Source: an uncultured Aminicenantes bacterium
GTDB lineage: Bacteria > Acidobacteriota > Aminicenantia > UBA2199
Assembly: GCA_965195285.1 (NCBI GenBank)
Contig: CBDAFS010000055.1
Span: forward strand, 61,728 to 125,727
Direction: 5' to 3'
Length of the DNA stretch: 64,000 nt
In this document: positions 59,016 to 64,000 of the stretch, piece by piece
Position numbering within the stretch: the stretch's first letter is position 1
Layout of the letters: the number at the start of each line of letters is the position of its first letter
The notes under the pieces: generated by a model
What the model was told of the DNA's origin: nothing
The model's input: only the letters and a program-made list of their open reading frames with translations
Databases searched by the model: none
Made by a program: the position numbers and the translations under genes

Positions 59016-59447
59016 TTACTCTTCAGAAAAATGCGGGGTGCGGCGCTGTTTCTTTTTTTCCGATTGGTGCTTTTTCTCCTCCAGGCGACGAGCTTTAGCT
59101 GCCTTCGTGGGGCCGGTCCTTTTCCGTTTCGGGGGAGGAATAGCAGCCCGTTGAATCAGAGCGATGAGTCGCTCACGGGCATCCCTCCGGTTGCGTTCCC
59201 GTGTCCGGTAGCGGTGAGCTTCTATGATCAGTTCACCGCCTTCGGTCAGCCGGGACCTGACCAGTTTTTCCAGGCGCTCACGCACATCATCGGGCAAGGA
59301 GGGTGAGCGCCGTACATCGAATCGCAGCTGGACCGCAGTGGCTACTTTGTTCACGTTCTGCCCCCCGGGACCCGGAGAGCGAACAAAGGCCTCCTCCAGT
59401 TCATTTTCATCAATGAAAATTGTAGTGGTAACCTTAATCCATGTCAT
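59016..59447 (-). CDS. arfB: Alternative ribosome rescue peptidyl-tRNA hydrolase
   Basis: GPGGQNVNKV and basic C-terminal tail. Confidence 0.93.
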   Translation of the reverse strand: MTWIKVTTTIFIDENELEEAFVRSPGPGGQNVNKVATAVQLRFDVRRSPSLPDDVRERLEKLVRSRLTEGGELIIEAHRYRTRERNRRDARERLIALIQRAAIPPPKRKRTGPTKAAKARRLEEKKHQSEKKKQRRTPHFSEE

Positions 59448-59631
59448 GGATTCTCCTCTATTATTATACTTTCCGGTCAGTCAAATTTCAATTGTCAAAC
59501 TCCCCCCGCTACTGTCTCGGGCGTCTTGCCCCAAAGAATAAATCCATTTTGCCCTTAAATAAAAAAATAAAAAAATTGCAATAAAATTCCTTTTTTGTTA
59601 TAAAAAATGGGGTAAATTCAAAGGTGGATTA

Positions 59632-62286
59632 ATGATCGGGAAAACAATTTCCCATTACAAAGTCCTTGAGAAACTTGGTGAAGGGGGAATGGGTGTGGTT
59701 TATAAGGCCCAGGACACCAAACTCAAACGCCTGGTTGCCCTTAAATTTCTTCCCAAAGATCTCATTGCCAGTCAGGATTCTAAAAAAAGATTCAAGCGGG
59801 AAGCCGAAGCCGTGGCCCTGCTCAACCATCCCAACATCATTACCATCCACGAGATCGATGAACACCAGGGTAGAAGCTACATGGTGATGGAATATGTGGA
59901 GGGGAAAACCCTTAAACAGAAAATTGAAAAATCCCGGGAAATCCCCTGTGACCTGAAAAAAATCAGGGAAATGGTCATATTAGCTATCCAGATCTGCCGG
60001 GGTCTGGGCAATGCCCACCAGGCCAATATCATCCACCGCGACATCAAGCCGGCCAATATCCTCATCAATGCTGATGAGCAGGTGAAAATCATGGATTTTG
60101 GACTGGTCAAGCTGACCGATGCCAGTAAAATCACCCGGGACACCTCCACCCTGGGCACTGTCCATTACATGTCACCCGAACAAATAGAGGGCAGTGAAAT
60201 TGACATCCGGGCCGATATCTGGTCATTCGGAGCGGTGCTGTATGAATTGATTACCGGCAGGGTGCCTTTTATGGAAAATTATCTGCAGGCCCTGTTCTTC
60301 TCCATCATGAATGAACAGCCAGCACCGATTTTAGATCTGTGTCCCCTGGTCCCGCCGGAACTGGAAACCCTGATCAACCGCTGCCTGGAAAAGGACGCCC
60401 ATAAACGCTACCCGGACCTGGGAGAAGTATTGGAGGAATTGAAGGGGATCAAGAAAAAACTGGACTCCCAAACCCAGTCCGGAAAAATCATAAAAGCCAC
60501 ATATCGGCGACAAGTTTTCCGGAAACTGGCCAAAATGGCTGCTCCCCTGGCCGTTTTGCTTCTGGTCATTCTGTTCACCCTGATACCGAATCCAGGGCGC
60601 CAGTCCTTGAAGAACTGGCTGTTTCTGAAAAAGCTACCGGAAAATAAATACCTGGCCGTACTCCCTCTGGTCAATCCCGGTAAGGATCCCCTCCAACAGG
60701 CCTATGCAAATGGCACCACTGCCAGACTCATTGACAAGTTGACCGGACTGGAACAGTTTCATACGCAATTCTGGGTGGTTCCGATCAGCGAGTTGCGCCA
60801 ATATAAAATCAACAGCGTAAAAAAAGTAATAAAATCCGTTTATGTCAGCCTGGTGCTGACCGGAAGTTTAAAATTGGATGGAGACAACATCATACATGAA
60901 TTCAACCTGGTGGATGCCAGCAGCCGGAAAACATTGAGAACCAGCAGTTTGACCAACCACATCACCAACCTGTCCGGCCTGCAGGATGGAATGATCAAAA
61001 ATATCACGGAAATGCTTGATCTCCGATTATCACCGGCTGCCGAGACCTCCCTTTTTGCCGGAGGAACCTCAATGCCCGGGGCCTACCAGCTCTACCTTCA
61101 GGGTCTTGGCTTTCTCCAGGAGAGTGAAAAGAAAAACAGTATCGGTCAATCCATAGAAATGTTTAACCAGGCCATTGATCAGGATAACTCCTATGGCGAA
61201 GCCCATGCATCATTAGGCAAGGCCTGCTTATTCATGTATAGATTAACCAAAGAAAAAAACTGGCTGGAAAAAGCAAAGGTTAACTGTAACCGTGCTCTAG
61301 AAATCAATAAACGACTATATCCTGTACATATAATCTTGGGATACATTCAAAATGAAACCGGAAAATATGAAAATGCCATAAAAAAATTTCAACAGGCCCT
61401 GGATATAAATCCAGAATCTTTCCAGGCTAGGCACGAAATGGCCAAAACATTCTATTTTTATTTAGGAGAAAAAAATAAAGCCGAAGAAGAGTGGAAGAAG
61501 GCTATTAAATTAAGGACTGATTTCTGGGTGGGATATAAATTTTTAGCTTATTTTTATTGGCAGGCTAGCCGGATTCTAGAAGCTGAAGATTTATTACTTA
61601 AGGTTGTTGATCTAAATCCAGCTGATATTTGGGCCTATAAAGTCCTGATCGGTATCTATTATAAAAGGACCGATGAAATCAGTGCCCTAAAAGCACAAGA
61701 GATATTCGAAAAGTCAAAAAAAATCGGACCTGATGCTGAAATTTACTCCAATATGGGAGTCAACCTGTATTTACAAAAACGTTATGCAGAAGCTCGCGAT
61801 ATGTATGTAAAAGCGATAGAATTGGGGGAAAATGGCCCATGGATATTTATGGTATGGGGGAATCTGGCAGACAGTTACCGGTTTATTGGGGGATATGAAC
61901 AGGAGGCACAAAGAGCGTATCAAAAGGCGGTCAAATTAGTACAAAAAAAACTCACAGAAAAACAAAACGACGCTACTATGCATTCCAGCTTGGGATTATA
62001 CCTATCCAAGTTAGGGGAGTCTAATCGGGCCATTCTTGAAATTGACAAATCACTAAAACTGGATCCTAATGATTTAGAGGTAATTCAGAATTCTATCGTG
62101 GTCTTTGAACTTTCTGGAAAGCGTAACCGAGCTTTGTTATGTTTAGAAGAATTTATCAAACGTCAAGGAACCATAGGAGAATTGAGCAGGAATCCTTTTC
62201 TGGCTGAACTCCATAAAGATCCGCGATACTTGAAACTGGTTAAACGAAAAAAGCCACTTAAATCAAATTCAAAAAGAGATAAATAA
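59632..62286 (+). CDS. Receptor-type Ser/Thr kinase (kinase - TM - LAVLP/TolB-N-like - TPR)
   Basis: HRDIKPAN, DFG and YMSPEQ; hydrophobic segment around aa 305-318; multiple TPR-like repeats. Confidence 0.9.
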   Translation: MIGKTISHYKVLEKLGEGGMGVVYKAQDTKLKRLVALKFLPKDLIASQDSKKRFKREAEAVALLNHPNIITIHEIDEHQGRSYMVMEYVEGKTLKQKIEKSREIPCDLKKIREMVILAIQICRGLGNAHQANIIHRDIKPANILINADEQVKIMDFGLVKLTDASKITRDTSTLGTVHYMSPEQIEGSEIDIRADIWSFGAVLYELITGRVPFMENYLQALFFSIMNEQPAPILDLCPLVPPELETLINRCLEKDAHKRYPDLGEVLEELKGIKKKLDSQTQSGKIIKATYRRQVFRKLAKMAAPLAVLLLVILFTLIPNPGRQSLKNWLFLKKLPENKYLAVLPLVNPGKDPLQQAYANGTTARLIDKLTGLEQFHTQFWVVPISELRQYKINSVKKVIKSVYVSLVLTGSLKLDGDNIIHEFNLVDASSRKTLRTSSLTNHITNLSGLQDGMIKNITEMLDLRLSPAAETSLFAGGTSMPGAYQLYLQGLGFLQESEKKNSIGQSIEMFNQAIDQDNSYGEAHASLGKACLFMYRLTKEKNWLEKAKVNCNRALEINKRLYPVHIILGYIQNETGKYENAIKKFQQALDINPESFQARHEMAKTFYFYLGEKNKAEEEWKKAIKLRTDFWVGYKFLAYFYWQASRILEAEDLLLKVVDLNPADIWAYKVLIGIYYKRTDEISALKAQEIFEKSKKIGPDAEIYSNMGVNLYLQKRYAEARDMYVKAIELGENGPWIFMVWGNLADSYRFIGGYEQEAQRAYQKAVKLVQKKLTEKQNDATMHSSLGLYLSKLGESNRAILEIDKSLKLDPNDLEVIQNSIVVFELSGKRNRALLCLEEFIKRQGTIGELSRNPFLAELHKDPRYLKLVKRKKPLKSNSKRDK

Positions 62287-62386
62287 TGACCAGTTATAAA
62301 AGTGTATATATTTTAAATTACAAATAAAAAATATTTTCCTTAGATCTTTAGAAATCCTAAAGACAGGAAATTTAAGGAGGTAAAAA

Positions 62387-62884
62387 ATGAAAAAAGGTAT
62401 GGTCATTTTATTTATTGTCACCATCATTTCCATTTTTCTATTAGGTGATGAAAGAAAAAGATCAGTGGGTGCACCAGCAACGCTGCCTGACGTGATAATT
62501 GAAATCACAGTACAGTCATCTGGAGAACTTTGTTACGGAGAGGATTGTGAAAAGCACACCGTAGGTGCTTACAAAAACAGCAAGATTGTGTGGAAGTGTA
62601 AAGACGAAGAAAATAACCCACTTACCTTTTCCATTCGCTTTAGAACTAAATCACCTGTTCAAGAAAAGAATCCAAATGTTCAAGTAAAGAATTCAAATGA
62701 ATCACCTTACTACCCTGTGGAGTCAGGAATTACAACGGCAATACATTCAGTAAATGGAGAGAAAACCCTATGGATTAGTCCCAATGCTGAAGATGGCACT
62801 TATAAGTATAGTGTTGCAGTTCTTAAAGGTGGCATAATCTTTATCGATGACCCTCAAATTATTGTTCCACCACCAAAAGGTTAA
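62387..62884 (+). CDS. Small secreted beta-rich protein ending IDDPQIIVPP
   Basis: AAGGAGG SD, signal peptide, YKYSV...DPQIIV C-terminus; family uncertain. Confidence 0.7.
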   Translation: MKKGMVILFIVTIISIFLLGDERKRSVGAPATLPDVIIEITVQSSGELCYGEDCEKHTVGAYKNSKIVWKCKDEENNPLTFSIRFRTKSPVQEKNPNVQVKNSNESPYYPVESGITTAIHSVNGEKTLWISPNAEDGTYKYSVAVLKGGIIFIDDPQIIVPPPKG

Positions 62885-62911
62885 GTAAATCTTAAATGCT
62901 CATTGACTCAT

Positions 62912-62942
62912 TGGGGACGGTCCTTGACTTTTTGACTTTTTT
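62912..62942. repeat. Isolated family-B-like terminus
   Basis: GGGGACGGTCCTTGACTTTTTGACTTTT. Confidence 0.5.
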
Positions 62943-63146
62943 AATGATTCCTGACCCGATGGATCACTTTATAGCAACCAGCAATTAATTTTGTATCAGA
63001 GAACAGGTATAACCTGAGGGGACTGGTTTATTTCAATTCTAAATTTGATAGACAAAATATGATATTCAGAAAAGGGGCTTGAAAAACATCTATTGAATAC
63101 CAGCTGATTTAAATAGATCTCAAAATTGTAAAGGCCACATTCTTTT

Positions 63147-63800
63147 TTATGTCTTACCCCGGGGAAAATCCGGGTCAATACTACCCGACTTTTTGCGTTC
63201 TCTGAGGTGGGAGAAGATATCAATCACCGTTTTTAACCCGACCATTACCAAAAGAGCGGCTGGCGGGGATCCCAGTGATTTAACCATAAATCCACCGATG
63301 ATAATGGTGATATGCATGATCACCACCCGCGAATAGGGCTGGATAAAGAGATCCTGATAGGATACCCGTTCAAATTCCCCCCGGCCAATAAAATTATGAA
63401 AATAGGAAACACCATGGCTGATAACTATGAGCAGCAGGGGAATCAATAGCCAGTTTAAGTTCTCTACGGGAATGCCAAACAGCACCACCACAAAAACCCC
63501 GTGCCCCAGGGTAAACATGCCGTAGTGAATCAAAAAAAAGGACATGACACCAGCCCGGCTCATTTCCCGGGGGGAACGGTCATTGATGCTGTACCGGGAT
63601 TTCATCTCCTGCCCCCGGGCCTTTTTCATCTTGACCAAGTTGAACATGCCGATTACCAGATTTTCAGCCCAGTAGAGGAATAATATGGTTGAGACATCCC
63701 AGCCCAGCAAAAATACTCCGACCACCGGAACCAGATTCACCCCAACCAGCCACAGTACCGAAGCCCGGATGGTCTCAATACCTGTTTTATCCTGATTCAA
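63147..63800 (-). CDS. DUF6498-like membrane protein
   Basis: YWAEN, HYGMFTLGH, SHG and PYSRVVIMH pattern. Confidence 0.7.
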   Translation of the reverse strand: MNQDKTGIETIRASVLWLVGVNLVPVVGVFLLGWDVSTILFLYWAENLVIGMFNLVKMKKARGQEMKSRYSINDRSPREMSRAGVMSFFLIHYGMFTLGHGVFVVVLFGIPVENLNWLLIPLLLIVISHGVSYFHNFIGRGEFERVSYQDLFIQPYSRVVIMHITIIIGGFMVKSLGSPPAALLVMVGLKTVIDIFSHLRERKKSGSIDPDFPRGKT

Positions 63801-63846
63801 GATAAACCCTCAGAACTCTGTTTACCCTATTCCGGTTTTTTTTTCT

Positions 63847-64000
63847 TTAAAGCGGTTTTAGGCTTTCCATAATATTGGTGAAGGGCACCTTGTAGCTCCC
63901 GGCCCTTTCCATGCGTCTCAGCAGTAACATGCCCATGGCCCGGGGCGTTTGAACCAGCAAAACAGTAACGACCCAGTTTGCCCGCTTATGACGGGCTTCT
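63847..64000 (-). CDS. 3' end of an unidentified CDS running off the window
   Basis: One minus frame is open from the edge to TAA at 63847. Confidence 0.35.
   Translation of the reverse strand, partial: EARHKRANWVVTVLLVQTPRAMGMLLLRRMERAGSYKVPFTNIMESLKPL

Overview
Bacterial chromosomal window from a probable anaerobe. The gene style resembles Ca. Aminicenantes/Acidobacteriota, but this is an impression only. The housekeeping and metabolic backbone comprises tungstate ABC genes wtpAB behind a Moco/Wco-type riboswitch, hslVU, uvrB, Ktr/Trk potassium uptake, lepB, oligopeptidase B, a HypD-type glycyl radical enzyme with its activase, a TetR-RND efflux operon, a complete rnfCDGEAB operon and arfB. 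Two tRNA genes (Val-CAC, Leu-CAA) border AT-rich accessory zones marked by tRNA fragments and two families of ~160-175 bp MITE-like repeats; no intact integrase or transposase is present. Most notable: (i) a low-GC module of a stand-alone AraC HTH, an unannotated 59-aa secreted two-cysteine peptide, a beta-propeller-like protein and a membrane CxxC thioredoxin-like protein; (ii) three tRNA-Val 3' ends in tandem, one split in its T-loop by an 80-bp structured insert; (iii) a 5'-half tRNA-Leu duplication with a decayed promoter; (iv) a receptor Ser/Thr kinase whose TPR half shifts in GC content together with a downstream small secreted protein. All protein assignments come from motif recognition by eye; no database searches were run.
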